A stretch of 63,990 nucleotides of DNA, filler included, from Octopus bimaculoides (Eukaryota), in assembly GCF_001194135.2 (NCBI RefSeq). It is 7 parts of 6 records of this genome, joined end to end, with 100 filler letters (N's around TTAATTAATTAA, not from the genome) between each part and the next. Parts side by side here need not be neighbours in the genome. Positions count along the whole stretch, not along the records: positions 33,378 to 42,434 come from NC_068986.1; positions 42,535 to 51,930 come from NC_069004.1; positions 52,031 to 57,323 come from NC_068984.1; 4 more parts are not named here. One strand, given 5' to 3'. Below the pieces are notes generated by a model. It was not told where the DNA came from and did no database searches. It was given only the letters and a program-made list of their open reading frames with translations. The translations under genes were made by a program, and so were the position numbers. Below are positions 39,250 to 52,670 of the stretch, in pieces. How positions within the stretch are numbered: position 1 is the first letter of the stretch; every line of letters starts with the position of its first letter.

Positions 39250-41824
39250 TCTACAGTGAAGCAAAGATGAGTACAGGTAGTCAATGGGGGACTTCTGCAA
39301 CTCTGTTAACTATATTAAGTATGTTTGCAAATATATAAACAAAGGTTTAGATGCTGCAACATACACTCTTATGCAGAATGTCCGTCAGCAGATAAACAAA
39401 AATGACGAAGTTGCACAATATGACAAAGGAAGATACATTAGTACAATGAGGCTTTTTGGCACATCTTCAATTTTCTCATTAATAAGAGGCACTCAGCAAT
39501 CATTCATCTGAATGTCCATCAGGAGAATGGCCACAGGGTTATCTTTACAAAACGAACAGCCTTGCAACAAGCACTTACTCCAAAAGAAACTGCCTTTCCT
39601 TTTTAAGTTGTGTCAAGTAGATGAAGATGCAAGAAAACTCCTTTACCCACAATTACCCATGTATTGCACCTGGAGAAAAAATAAATGGCACAAGAGGAAA
39701 CTTGGGGTTGATGCTCTCACAAGAGTTTACAGTGTCCCCCTGAGTCAAGCAAAATGCTACTACTTACGACTCCTTTTGCATGAAGTACTTGGTCCCAAAT
39801 CATTCCAAGATTTGAGGATGGTAATTGGTCATGTGTGTAAAACTTATAGGGAGGCATGCTATCAACAAGGTTTTTTAGAAAATGATGAGCATTGGGACCT
39901 TGCATTAACTGAAGCATCAGTATCAGATTCTCCAAGGGAACTCTGTAACGTTTTTGCAATTATACTGAACATGTGTCAACTTGGCGGTCCCCTACAGCTT
40001 TGGATGAAACACCGTAAGGACATGGCTGAGGACTTAAATTGTGCAGTTCAACGGGCAAACCCAGATGTTAATATTCAATTCTCTGAAACAATTTTAATGA
40101 AGCACTGATTGAAATTGAGGATTAGGTTTTGGCCATAGGAGGCAAAAATTTGTCTTTGGATTGCTAAAAACAATCAAATTAGTGAAACATAGCAAGAGAG
40201 ACAAATTATGACATCACGGAGTTGGCTGCATTTGTTAATGAACATGAACCTAAATCTCTTCCAGAATAACGTTGTGCATATGATAAAATTATTTCGCCAG
40301 TCAGAGAAGAAAGTGGAAGAATTTTCTTTCTTGATGCTCCTGGTAGTACAGGTAAAACATTTGTAACAACATTGCTTCTCTCCAAGATAAGGTAACAAAA
40401 ATGGATTGCAGTTGTGGCATCATCTGGCATTGCTGCCATTCTCCCAGGAAGACGAACAGCTCATTCTGCTTTTAAATTACCACCACACCTGGTCACAAAT
40501 GACAGTCCAATTTGTAACATAAGCAAATGTTCAGGTTTAGCTGAAGTGTTGTGCCAGTGCCCCTGATCATTTAGGATGAATGCACCGTGTCACATAGAGG
40601 TGCAATGGATGCTCTTGGTAAGACCTTACAGGACATAAAAGGCAGCAATAAATCTATATGAGTTGCATTACTGTTATCAGGAGACTTCAGACAGACATTA
40701 CCAGTCATTCTGAGATGAACAAAGCCTGATGAAATAAAAGCATGCATTAAGTCTTCCTATCTTTGGAATAAAGTACATCTCCTTCAGTACTAACGTGCGA
40801 GTTTTATTACATGGGGACCAATGTGCAGAACCGTTTTCAACCTGGCTCCCCCAATTACGAAATGGGAAGTATCATTTGATGGGAATGGTGATATCATTTT
40901 GGTTCATATTACTATCGTGGTGAATTTCCCTGCTGAACTGAAGAACAGGGTATTTCCAGACTTATAATTATAACTCACATAAATGGTTGTGTAAAAGGGC
41001 AATTCTTGCTCCAAAAAATGACACAGTAGCAAAGATTAACCATGGAGTAATGAATAAGATTCCAGCAGTCATTAAGGAATACAAATAAGTTGATTCAGTC
41101 CTTGATGAAAATCAAGCCGTCCATTACACAACACAGTTCCTTAATTCCCTTGAGCTCCATGGAACTCCTCCACATAATCTTTTTCTGAAAGTAGGAGTCC
41201 TAATAATGCTTCTAAGAAATTTAGATCATCTTAAATTATGCAATGGGACAAGGTTGATTGTGAAGACATTCTCACCTAATGTGATAGAAGCTACTATCAT
41301 CACTTGATGTGCCTCTGCAGAAGAGGCATTCATTCTAAGAATCCCAATCAAGCCAACAAACATGTCATTTGAGTTCAACTTTACTTCGCAATGTCTATTA
41401 ATAAAGCTCAAGGTCAAACTTTGTAATCTACTGGCTTGCACTTAATTGAGGTTTGTATTTCTCATGGTCAGCTTTATGTTGTTTGCTTCGGGGTTGGTAG
41501 TTTACAGAACTTATTTGTCTATGATCCAAACCAGGAAACAAAGAATGCTGTTTACCCAGAAGCACTTACGTAATTTCCTCCAACATATATGATAGATTTT
41601 TATCTCCCTTCATAAAATCGTAAATTTTGTATTTTCGTTTTTTATTATTATTATCATTTTATTTATTTATTTATTTATTTATTTGTATATGAATTCAGAA
41701 TTCATTTCCCAATTGAAGAATAATTTGAATTTAGAATAAGAAATTACACAACATATTTTGCTTTTTTCTTCCAATATATAAGGAACAATTTCATTCCGGG
41801 ATAGCGCCGGGTCCCTCCGCAAGT
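39250..41824 (+). mobile_element. Helitron RepHel pseudogene (Rep C-terminal region and PIF1 helicase) with 3' terminus
   Basis: IKYVCKYINKG; CYYLRLLLHEVLGPKSFQDLR; FFLDAPGSTGKTF; ASSGIAA; GDFRQTLPVI; LLRNLDHLKLCNGTRLIV; 3' hairpin CCGG-GATAGCG-CCGG then degenerate CTAG (CAAG) at 41820-41823. Confidence 0.93.
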
Positions 41825-42098
41825 ATACATATATATGAATCACATTTATTCATTTTCGTATGTTCACTTTGTATTGTTTTATTTGCTTCCGACCTTATAT
41901 TTTCCGCAACTTTCGCGGGCACCGCCAGTATGAGAAGTTCTCACTCTTATCATTAATGGTGCTAAACTAATACCATTTGGTTGATAACTGATGAAGAGTT
42001 AGGAACCTTCTGTGTCTGTCTCCCGTCCGGTTGTACACTCAGTGTGTGTTATGGCGTTTGTTTATTTACAACACATTATTTCATTTACACGCACACAC

Positions 42099-42183
<85 letters not shown>

Positions 42184-42210
42184 CTAGCAGGGATACCCGG
42201 TGTTGCTCGG
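42184..42210 (-). mobile_element. Helitron 3' terminus (non-autonomous element extending to the right)
   Basis: Minus strand CCGAGCAACACCGGGTATCCCTG-CTAG|T. Confidence 0.65.
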
Positions 42211-44699
42211 AATTAAAACTGTCAAGCGATGGTGGGGGTACATACACAGACACACACATACCACACACGCACTCGCACACACACACATATACATATAGAT
42301 AAATATATATACATACCTATATATACATATACATACGTTATATACATATGTATATGTACATACATTTATATATACAGATATATATATATATATACATATA
42401 TATACATATACATACATATATACATATATATATANNNNNNNNNNNNNNNNNNNNNNNNNNNNNNNNNNNNNNNNNNNNTTAATTAATTAANNNNNNNNNN
42501 NNNNNNNNNNNNNNNNNNNNNNNNNNNNNNNNNNATATATATATATGGGTGGGGGCGTGTGTGGGTATGTATGTATGTATATATGTATGTGTTTATATGT
42601 GTATGTATAGCCTATTCACAGAGCAGACATTATTATTAGATATTTTCACTAGCTGATTCTTATCAATCTGTGCGAGTGCGTTTGCGTGTGTGTGTGTTTG
42701 TGTGTGTATGTGTGTAGTGACAGAGGCGTACGTATGTATGTAGTATATCTATCATAAGTACATATGATATATATATGCGATAGTTTTTGTGTCTGTTTAT
42801 ATAAATATGTGCGTGTGTAGGTGTAACTAAAGAAAAGAACAATGAAGTATTTGTATTTACAGCTTCACCAAGAATCGCATTACTTTATGTTTTGCGGATC
42901 CACATAGAATCTCTTATCGTTTAGATGCTGAATACTGAATAATTGTGCCGTCACCGCTTGCAAATGACGCTAATCTTTACACTGAATGAAGAATGAATCT
43001 CATTGATATTGTTGGATTTACATCATACATCTCATATGGCTACTAAGAGTATCTCGATGAGAAGCACATTTAGCATGGTGTGCAGAGATAGTTTCTCAGT
43101 CTTTCATTAAAAATTGCAGTGAAATTCAAAATTTCACGAAATTTCTTGAGTTGTATTAATAATTAATATTAACTGGAAGTTTGCATGAAGAAAATCCTCT
43201 TGGTGGCAGCAAAAGGATAGTTATGTGGCCCTGTTGAGAGATACAGTGGGCTGTTGCTAGATGAGAGGTTTCTCTCAAAAACATGGACTTCAGTTTTGCG
43301 CACAATGGATTAAGGAGAGGCCGTATCAAGTATGTTCTTTTGGTTATAAGAGGTAATGCATTTTTCCGCGGCCCGATGTCGCCAGAGAAATTAGGACAGG
43401 AAGGAAGAGTTTCCCTCTCCGGTACTCGCTCAGGTACATATATTTTGGTTATCTAGAGTTCAATTGTGCTTTTACATTTATCATTTGTTTTGTATGGCTA
43501 GACAGGAGGGAATTTCTATACCAACAATAGTTGCATATTTAATTAGAAAAGTCTTAAATATTTTCCTTCTTCCTATCAATTTAAATTCATTTTCAAAACA
43601 GTAGTTGGATGAGGGGGGTTTTTCTGTCTAAAATCCCAACTTTTCTTGACNNNNNNNNNNNNNNNNNNNNNNNNNNNNNNNNNNNNNNNNNNNNNNNNNN
43701 NNNNNNNNNNNNNNNNNNNNNNNNNNNNNNNNNNNNNNNNNNNNNNNNNNNNNNNNNNNNNNNNNNNNNNNNNNNNNNNNNNNNNNNNNNNNNNNNNNNN
43801 NNNNNNNNNNNNNNNNNNNNNNNNNNNNNNNNNNNNNNNNNNNNNNNNNNNNNNNNNNNNNNNNNNNNNNNNNNNNNNNNNNNNNNNNNNNNNNNNNNNN
43901 NNNNNNNNNNNNNNNNNNNNNNNNNNNNNNNNNNNNNNNNNNNNNNNNNNNNNNNNNNNNNNNNNNNNNNNNNNNNNNNNNNNNNNNNNNNNNNNNNNNN
44001 NNNNNNNNNNNNNNNNNNNNNNNNNNNNNNNNNNNNNNNNNNNNNNNNNNNNNNNNNNNNNNNNNNNNNNNNNNNNNNNNNNNNNNNNNNNNNNNNNNNN
44101 NNNNNNNNNNNNNNNNNNNNNNNNNNNNNNNNNNNNNNNNNNNNNNNNNNNNNNNNNNNNNNNNNNNNNNNNNNNNNNNNNNNNNNNNNNNNNNNNNNNN
44201 NNNNNNNNNNNNNNNNNNNNNNNNNNNNNNNNNNNNNNNNNNNNNNNNNNNNNNNNNNNNNNNNNNNNNNNNNNNNNNNNNNNNNNNNNNNNNNNNNNNN
44301 NNNNNNNNNNNNNNNNNNNNNNNNNNNNNNNNNNNNNNNNNNNNNNNNNNNNNNNNNNNNNNNNNNNNNNNNNNNNNNNNNNNNNNNNNNNNNNNNNNNN
44401 NNNNNNNNNNNNNNNNNNNNNNNNNNNNNNNNNNNNNNNNNNNNNNNNNNNNNNNNNNNNNNNNNNNNNNNNNNNNNNNNNNNNNNNNNNNNNNNNNNNN
44501 NNNNNNNNNNNNNNNNNNNNNNNNNNNNNNNNNNNNNNNNNNNNNNNNNNNNNNNNNNNNNNNNNNNNNNNNNNNNNNNNNNNNNNNNNNNNNNNNNNNN
44601 NNNNNNNNNNNNNNNNNATATATACATGCATAAATACATGCATACATATATACATACATATACACATACATACATACATACATACATACATACATTATC

Positions 44700-45200
44700 T
44701 ATAGTCTTCAAATTTGTTTTCTCCTTCCTGGATTTGAGAAGCCTAATTTCTCAAGATTGATATTTAAGCAGTGTTTTACATATCCCAGGGCCCCAATAAT
44801 TACAGGTACAAACCTGAACCTGTAATCTGGATGGAGTAACTGCAGATTTCTCAATAGTTCAGCATAGGTCTTCTCTTTTTCACTGATCTTCAGCTTTATG
44901 TTAACATCCGCTGGGCAGCTTATTTCCACAACTGTGCACAGTTTCTCTTCTTTATCCCAAATATTGATAAGATATGGTCGGTAGAACGTTAGCTTCTTGT
45001 ACCAATATCCAACAATCAAGTCTCTTCCAGGTGCTTTTCTATCCTGGAGTTTCTGGATCACAGTTGCAAGAGTTTCACCATCAATGTTGTATTTCTTGGA
45101 TGTAACACAAGAGCAATAACTTTTTGGGATTTCTTCCAGCCACAGAGCATCTTGGTTAAATTCCTTCTATCCACTCCAGATCTTCCTCCAGAAGGAGTCT
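44700..45200 (-). mobile_element. R4-like LINE with internal deletion of the RT domain
   Basis: KAPGRDLIVGYWYKKLTFYR joined directly to IWDKEEKLCTVVEISCPADVNIKLKISEKEKTYAELLRNL. Confidence 0.8.
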
Positions 45201-45302
45201 ATGTATGCATATATGTATGTCTGTTTACTTCGGAATATAGAACTCTTTATCTGATAAATATGTATGTTCAATTCGTCAAAAGCAAGGAAATTTGTTTTGT
45301 AG

Positions 45303-45415
45303 AACTAACGCAACAGCTGGTAATAGAATAGAATTTGAGGTTCGTTTGTGTCACATTGTTGGCAGCAATGTCAGTAGATTCTCCTACAAGCATTACATTT
45401 ACTGCGATGAGCTAA
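45303..45415 (+). CDS. Candidate internal exon of a host gene, FN3-like beta-strand segment
   Basis: Acceptor TTTGTTTTGTAG, donor GTAAG; open frame TNATAGNRIEFEVRLCHIVGSNVSRFSYKHYIYCDEL with two N-glycosylation sequons; non-repetitive sequence. Confidence 0.4.
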
Positions 45416-46254
45416 GTAAGGTAAACCTGGTATTTTCATGATTTTTTTAAAAGTCGGGATACGTAGGATATTTTGCAACTACGGTTTGTCAATAGCTTCA
45501 ACTTGGCGAAATCTAGTCACAGACATTAGATATATTAATATAAAAATAAATAAATAAATAAATAAATAAACACTGGCGTTTTTTAATTCTCGTCTCACAT
45601 GAAGATGATAACAATAATCTTGGCATAGAATGAATAATACAAAATTTTTGCATAATATACAGCGTTCTCCGTTCGGGGAATATTTATAAATAATTTGTTT
45701 TTATAAACAAAACCATTGACACATATTGCGATTGTGCCGTTGTATATGTCTGTGCACGTAATAAAAACCAAGCAAGTTCTGGAATATTTATTTAAATGTT
45801 ACTGAGTTAAAAGTATCCGATGCTCACAATTTATATACAAATGTGTTTCTTTCAACAAATCCGCGCTTAATATTAATGAATTTTGTCTCCTTATTTTTGG
45901 AACAAGACCAAATGCATTTCAGGGGAATTAATCATTGTGGAATGAAAACCATTCCAGTTCATTACTAGAGTACATGATTATTTTTAACCAACGTTGATGA
46001 GTTGAAAAACAAATATGGAAGTGTGATTTAAATGCAATAAAACGCTGAACGGTGAAACCAAAAACTGCTAGGTTCATTGTCGTATCATCTCTGCCATTTT
46101 GTTGATAAATTCATTCTTCTTTTTTTTCCCCAATGTTATTTGAATTAACTCCAAAAACATTTTTATCATAGAGTTTTATGGTATTTCGTAACTCTATTCT
46201 TCCTCTACAACTTTTGTTAATCGGTTTTGAATAAATTTTATCTCTTTCCAGACA

Positions 46255-46915
46255 TATGACAACAGAGAGCCAAGTTGAATACAATGAGCATTGTACACAT
46301 TTGCTTGTCTTCGCTTTCAGTCAAGGCTCCGAAGCTGCTATAGCAATTCCAGACATTTGTGCTGTGTATAGAAAAGATGCTATTCCTGAAAGAATTGCAT
46401 AGAAATACTTGTCTCGCCTCAAGGATAGAAACGTCGACCTCACAAGCTCTCCGCGTTCCGACAGACCTATTCGTTTTAAAAGGGATCGATTAAGCCAGCT
46501 CATCCATGAGAATTTGCAATAATTCACTAGGAAATTGGTGCAGACGGGGTGCTCCCATAATTCTATCGCCCGTCACCTTCAGTTGACGGCTAAAGCCCAT
46601 ATGCGATACGGCGTGTTTGTTCAACACGACGAACGATGCTATAATCACTAATTTGGCCAAAAATGCTATTCAAGATCTCAATTGAAAAGTTCTACCACAC
46701 CCACCATATGCTGAAAAAACACCTTCAGTTTATTGCCTTTTCAGTCACTCGCCAACAGTCTGCGAGTGCTTTGCTCAATGACGATGAAGGGCTAAAAACG
46801 CGATTCAGTTATTTTTTTGATCCAAGACTCGGTGATTTCTACGGTCAACGTATCGACAAGTTAGTAGAACATTGGCAACCACTCGTGAACAATGAAGAAT
46901 ATACTGGTTTCCAAT
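46255..46915 (+). mobile_element. mariner (Mos1-like) transposase, internally deleted
   Basis: HLLVFAFSQGSEAAIAIPDICAVY...SPRSDRP (HTH_48-like); FYGQRIDKLVEHWQPLVNNEEY. Confidence 0.85.
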
Positions 46916-46934
46916 TTTAGCATAAAGTCAGCAA

Positions 46935-47065
46935 ATTTTTTGGTGGGGGCGGTAATTTGATTACATCAACCCCAGTGCTCAACTGGGACTTATTTTATCG
47001 ACCCTGAAAGGGATGAAAGACAAAGTCGACTACGGCGAGATTTGAGCTCTGAACATAAAGACCTA
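46935..47065 (-). mobile_element. SINE family A fragment
   Basis: GATTACATCAACCCCAGTGCTCAACTGGGACTTATTTTATCGACCC is the reverse complement of the family A core. Confidence 0.75.
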
Positions 47066-47249
47066 CACTAGGTTCAGCCATCCTTTTGATACGTCTTGTT
47101 CTTAGTCCCGAGGGGTTTCTAGCTTCTAGCAATTCTACTGGATCCCATGTTAGCTGTACCATGCTGAGGCTGATGTAATAGAGGTATCGCTTCTAAAATT
47201 GCAAGCTTTATGCCAACATTTGAAACCACTCTTATATAAGTTTCCGAAG

Positions 47250-47410
47250 GTGGTCAACTGGCAGAATCATGAGTGCATTGGCAAAAAAGCGCCATATGGT
47301 ATTTGTTCCGGTTCTGCTTATATTCTTAGTTCAGATCCTGCCGATGTCAACTTTACCGTTCATCCTTTCCAGACAAGTTCTCGGATCAACGGCATCGACT
47401 AACCACCATC
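47250..47410 (+). mobile_element. SINE family A copy (diverged)
   Basis: TGGCAGAATCATGAG...AGTTCAGATCCTGCCGATGTCAACTTT. Confidence 0.6.
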
Positions 47411-47414
47411 TCTT

Positions 47415-47800
47415 CGTTTTCTCCGCCCACCATTTCTGGGAACTGTCGAGGTGGTACAGTCTTCAGGCACCGCCTCCATAGGGTCCTATCAGAAGCAACT
47501 GTCATTACACTTTCTGGCAGGATTCCCAAGCGTGAACAACTGAGAATATGGATATTATCCAACCATTTCGTTTTTGGTTTACTGCTAGGTCTCCTGGCGA
47601 TTGGTTCGGCTTGAAGAATCCGTCTTGCGATCATTTTCTGCGATGCTATAATCACATGACCGTCTACCGAAGCTTTGACATTCCAATGCGTAGAAGTGGC
47701 TTGATCTGGAGACTCTCTCTGATCTCCGAGTTGCGCACTCTGGCGAGTAACGTTACTCCAGTGAGTCCTTCGGAAGAGCCCCATGTAAACTGTTCATATT
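47415..47800 (-). mobile_element. RTE-clade LINE 3' fragment
   Basis: IARRILQAEPIARRPSSKPKTKWLDNI...VASDRTLWRR, a typical RTE C-terminus. Confidence 0.75.
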
Positions 47801-48914
47801 CGTGAGTGTTATCTTTCGGCTGATACACAACATTCGTGACCCTAAGTGAGGATAGGTACTACAATCGAATTGAAGGTAACAAGTTTGTTTTTTTTGTTGT
47901 TGTTTTTTTCACCAAACTTTTCTGGGGATCGAATACTGGAGTCCCAAAACGAATACCCAGATATCTGTGTTCGAGTAAACGGTGCTAAGTCAAAACTGAC
48001 ACCACCCTCTCTTAAAATTGTTGGCTTTGTGCCTTAATCATCCATTTATCTTTTATAGCCATTATTTCTGGGAATATCAGTGGGGTAGAGTCCTCAAACA
48101 CCTCCCTGTTAAGATCCTATCAGCGGCAACTGTCATTAGACTTTCCGGCTGGATTCTCAAGTATGACAAACCGCCACTATCGATATTATCCAACTATTCC
48201 ATTCTTGGTCTACCCAGATGTTTGTAATTTGATAAATTATGCCAAACCAACCACTACCTTCTCTTAAAATTCCTGGCCTTGTGTCTTCAGCAGAAATGAT
48301 TATTCATATATTGACAGATACATCAAAACTTTATTTCTTACATAAATAAAATAATTAGGCCTATCTTGCGTAAACACACAATCATACACAGAAGATATTC
48401 AATGATTTCTCTGAGAAGTCTCTAACAATACTAACAAATCCTTCCATTGAAATTTACTAGCACGTTCTTACGTCCATTCTTTTCACACCGTTTGTCGATA
48501 TCCTTACGGAATTGATAACCTATCATAATAAATGTACTAATTCCAAACGCAATGAAGAATATATATATAGATAAATCTTAAATGCCATAATGGAATAAAT
48601 TCAATTGCCAAGGCAGTGTAATTCCTCAGCTTTTCAGCTCGCTTCTGTACGATGTTAGAGTAATTTTGAATTGCTATATCAATTATTGTCAGCCTATTGT
48701 TCGTTTTGTTAAAGAAAATGACATCAGACTTATCAAGTTCTATATATATATCTATCTGTCTATCTATCTATCCATCTATTGATTTATCGATCGATCTATC
48801 TATCTAACAATCTATTTAACTATCCGTCTGTCTGTCTATCAATCCGTCATACTGCATGCTGAAGTTCCATACAATATTTGCATTGACGTTTTCGCAACCA
48901 GCTAATATTATGTA

Positions 48915-49320
48915 CGACGTGGTATCAACAAGTTCCTGGACTAGTTATGTTTGATAACAGATAACTTATTTACCTAAGTTTTGACGTCATCGCCCTTCGA
49001 AATAGTCACCTTGCACAGAAATACACCGACCCCAGCGTTCCTGCTGCCTTTGGAATCTGGCCTAGAAGTCGTTTTCCGTATGCTGGTCAAGGACCTTCTG
49101 CGATTCGTTCTGGATCTCGGCAACAGTGTTAAAACGGCGATCTTTCAGCTGCATTTTCATCTTGGGGAAGAGATGGAAGTCTGCAGGTGCTAAATCTGGC
49201 GAATATGGCGTGTGTAGAAGCGATACCTTGTTGTTTTGGGAAAGAACCTCACGAGTGAGGCGAGCTCGGTGACAGGGTGCAGTGTCATCGTGAAAAATCC
49301 AGTGTAAACCATTGAATTTT
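48915..49320 (-). mobile_element. mariner transposase C-terminal fragment
   Basis: FHDDTAPCH; HTPYSPDLAPADFHLFPKMKMQLK; RCISVQGDYFEG. Confidence 0.88.
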
Positions 49321-50515
49321 TTTCACCGGTGTGTTGAAACTGGGTGGGTAGGGGTTTATAAAGGTTTAGATACGTTGGGGTGACTGACTTCATAGTGGAC
49401 AGTCAAGTAATGGGTTTCAGGGATGGGGTCCAATATAGGATGCCTGTATGTTTGTGTGTGAGTAAGAGAGAGAGAGTGTGTGTGTGTGCGTGTGTCTGTG
49501 TCTGTGTCTGTGTCTGTGTCTGTTTGTGTGTGTGTGCACGCGTGAGTGTGTGTGTGTGTGGCAACAGCATCATCTCAGATATAGGAGCAGTCCTTCATTG
49601 TGGATCTAGCTCGTTTGATCATTAAAACAGGTTAATAGTTGTTGGGGGTTGAACTATTTTCTGGTGCTGAAGAGGAAGACTGGGTTTTGTGACGTAAACT
49701 TTACTATGAGTGAGAGTGGGAGGGGGATATAAACAGAGAGAGAGAGAGAGGACAGGAGACTGAAAGTGAGTGCGGGGGGAAAGATACAGATACGTATACA
49801 AGTGAGTGTTAAATAGAAAAAGAGTGGCAGAGAGTGAGTGAGTGAGTGAGTGTGTGAGTGATTGAATATGTGTGAGTGTGTGTGTTTAAGGCAGAAAGAA
49901 ATGGAGAGAAACAGAGACAGACAAAGAAAAAAAGAAAAATATTTATTTTTTTAACAGACTGCGTGTTAAGATTTATGAAATAATCTGAGTTGACTTAAAG
50001 AGGAAATAGAAGAAGATTGTTAAGAAACAGAGCGAGTTTTGTTTTTTACAAGTAATGAGTTATAACTGACGACATATTGGTAAGATATTTGCAAAAAGAA
50101 AAGCGATGACTGATTAAAATGCCCATTGGTGGTATTGTTTAGTACCAAGCCGATCCAGAAAGAGAGAGAGAGAGAGAGAGAGCAAAGCAAATTTTATGAT
50201 GAAAGACAGACCAAACAAGACCATCCAGCACAGCTCTGGATTAACCATTAAGTAATATAAGCATGTGTTCTTAGAGCAACAAAGGAAGGGAGCACCACAG
50301 AAATGGTAAAAGGCTTACGGTACAAAAGAAATCACTTTGTACTTGCTAAAATAATGTTTGAAGTGGTTTACATGATAGGGAATATGATTCTGAAGTGCAC
50401 ATTGTGTCATAGTGAGAATCTGAACAAAGGCATTGCCACTGAAAACAGTAGGAAAAGAAAAAAAAGCTTTTAAATACAAATAAAGCGCATATATACAAGA
50501 TAGACATTATTTTAT

Positions 50516-51280
50516 ATTAGGTTGTTCCAAAAATACTGTCCAATCGTTCGTTGTAGTGTTTTAGACGAGATTTTACATGCTTAATAATTGATGAGTACTC
50601 TTTAATAAATTTTTATTAATTTCTTCCAGAATACAATTTTTAAGCGTAGAAATCCTTAATTTCAAATATGAGAGAAGGAAGAAATGCGTTTGCATTTTTT
50701 GCATGAATTCAAGCCTGAACATGATGCTTCATAAACAGCCGTCAAAATCAAGAGAGCATGGGATGAAGAGTCTACAAGTGAGCGGATGGTACGACGGTGT
50801 TTTCAGAGATTCCGTAGTGGGAATGAAAGCCTTTGAAGATCAGGAAAATAGAGGATGCCCCTCCACCCTTGATGATCAGCATTTGAAAGCAATTCAGTAT
50901 TCTGAAACCTAACCAGAGCATAGGAAGTTTACTGTAAGCAACGGGAAGAAATGTGTGTTCACTTGAGCAAAATGAGACCTGCAACGTAGTCCAATTCTGT
51001 TCTACGACAGTGCTTGACTGTACGTTTTCCGGATGACACTGCAGAAGCTCACAGACTTAGGATACGAGACTTTACCACCTCCTCCATATTCCCCTGGTCA
51101 TTCACGTACTGACTACCACTTTTTCAAGCATCTAGACACTTTTTTAAGGCAAAAGACCGTCCGTTTCAAAACCACGGTCGAAACTGAATTCAAGGATTTC
51201 TTGGCATCAAAACCTTTGGATTTTTATCGAAGCGGCATAAACGACCTTGTTACTCTATGGGAGAAATGCATATGTATTAT
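50516..51280 (+). mobile_element. mariner element, internally deleted
   Basis: Starts TA|TTAGGTTG (mariner TIR); FLHEFK..H.A; LQKLTDLGYETLPPPPYSPG...DYHFFKHL...LWEKCI. Confidence 0.88.
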
Positions 51281-51489
51281 GGTCTATTATTGCTTATATT
51301 TCGAATTACATTATAATGGGGGAACCAAAATCTTTTAAGTGCCTCTATGGGACTTAATAGATAGATAGATAGATAGATAGATGTATATCATATGCATATG
51401 CTCTTTACTCTGACTCATATAGAGACATAGATACAGGCATATACATATAGAGAGAGAGAATAGGTAGACTACTAATAGTGTAGTAAACG

Positions 51490-51539
<50 letters not shown>

Positions 51540-51611
51540 ATATATACATATATATATGTACACGTGTATATATATATGTGTGTGTGTATGTGTGTATTTG
51601 TGGAGGTATCA

Positions 51612-51830
51612 ATTAATGAATAGCAAAAGAACAAGAGTTACGTCATCGGTGTCGTTAGCTTACAGCTGTGTCTTCTGTTCTAAGAAGCAATACTCTCTCA
51701 GAGTTGAGATTCTATGCAACTTCCTATAGCATACAATCCCAGCTCTGAGAGTATTGCTTCTTAGAACAGAAGACACAGCTGTAAGCTAATGAAAGTAAAT
51801 TACGTAACTTCTGTTCGTTCATTATTCATT
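51612..51830. repeat. Long fold-back palindrome / hairpin MITE
   Basis: Arms 51655-51717 and 51729-51789; 43 bp perfect complement, 11-nt loop, more diverged outer arms. Confidence 0.92.
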
Positions 51831-51894
51831 ATATATATGTGTGTGTGTGTGTAATATACATATATGCATATGCATATTTACACACATATATATA

Positions 51895-51930
<36 letters not shown>

Positions 51931-52030
51931 NNNNNNNNNNNNNNNNNNNNNNNNNNNNNNNNNNNNNNNNNNNNTTAATTAATTAANNNNNNNNNNNNNN
52001 NNNNNNNNNNNNNNNNNNNNNNNNNNNNNN

Positions 52031-52103
<73 letters not shown>

Positions 52104-52624
52104 AACCAAGACGAACATGAAGAGTACATTAAATACCATACAGTATAAATTCTTGATTGATTTAAATGATTTTATCTTCAAGAGCGTTTAGATCAACCGG
52201 TTACCGCACCAGCACCAAATGAGAAGAGGAGATAATCACAACAAACAAGAATTCTCAGAAATTTATATACCATGAAGGAAAACACAATTTGATTGCCTGA
52301 AGATAAGAGAACAACTGTGGACATATGTTTCTGCTTCAATAGACACCATCAGCACAAATATCGTCCTGTTTATATCAGCAGCAGATACGATGTTTGAATG
52401 GTATAACACGTTTGTGGCCTAAGCAATTTACGTCAAAGAAATGGAAATGATCTTTTATTATGAGAGTCGCTTACGATTGCTGCTATGCAAATTTCAATTC
52501 ACTGTCAAATTTTGCATACGTTATTCTGTACATCACCTACCTTACTTTAATTCACGCCAGTGACCCATTTTAATTATTTCCCTTTGCCCACATTTTACAC
52601 ACACACACACAGAAGTAAATAGAG

Positions 52625-52670
<46 letters not shown>

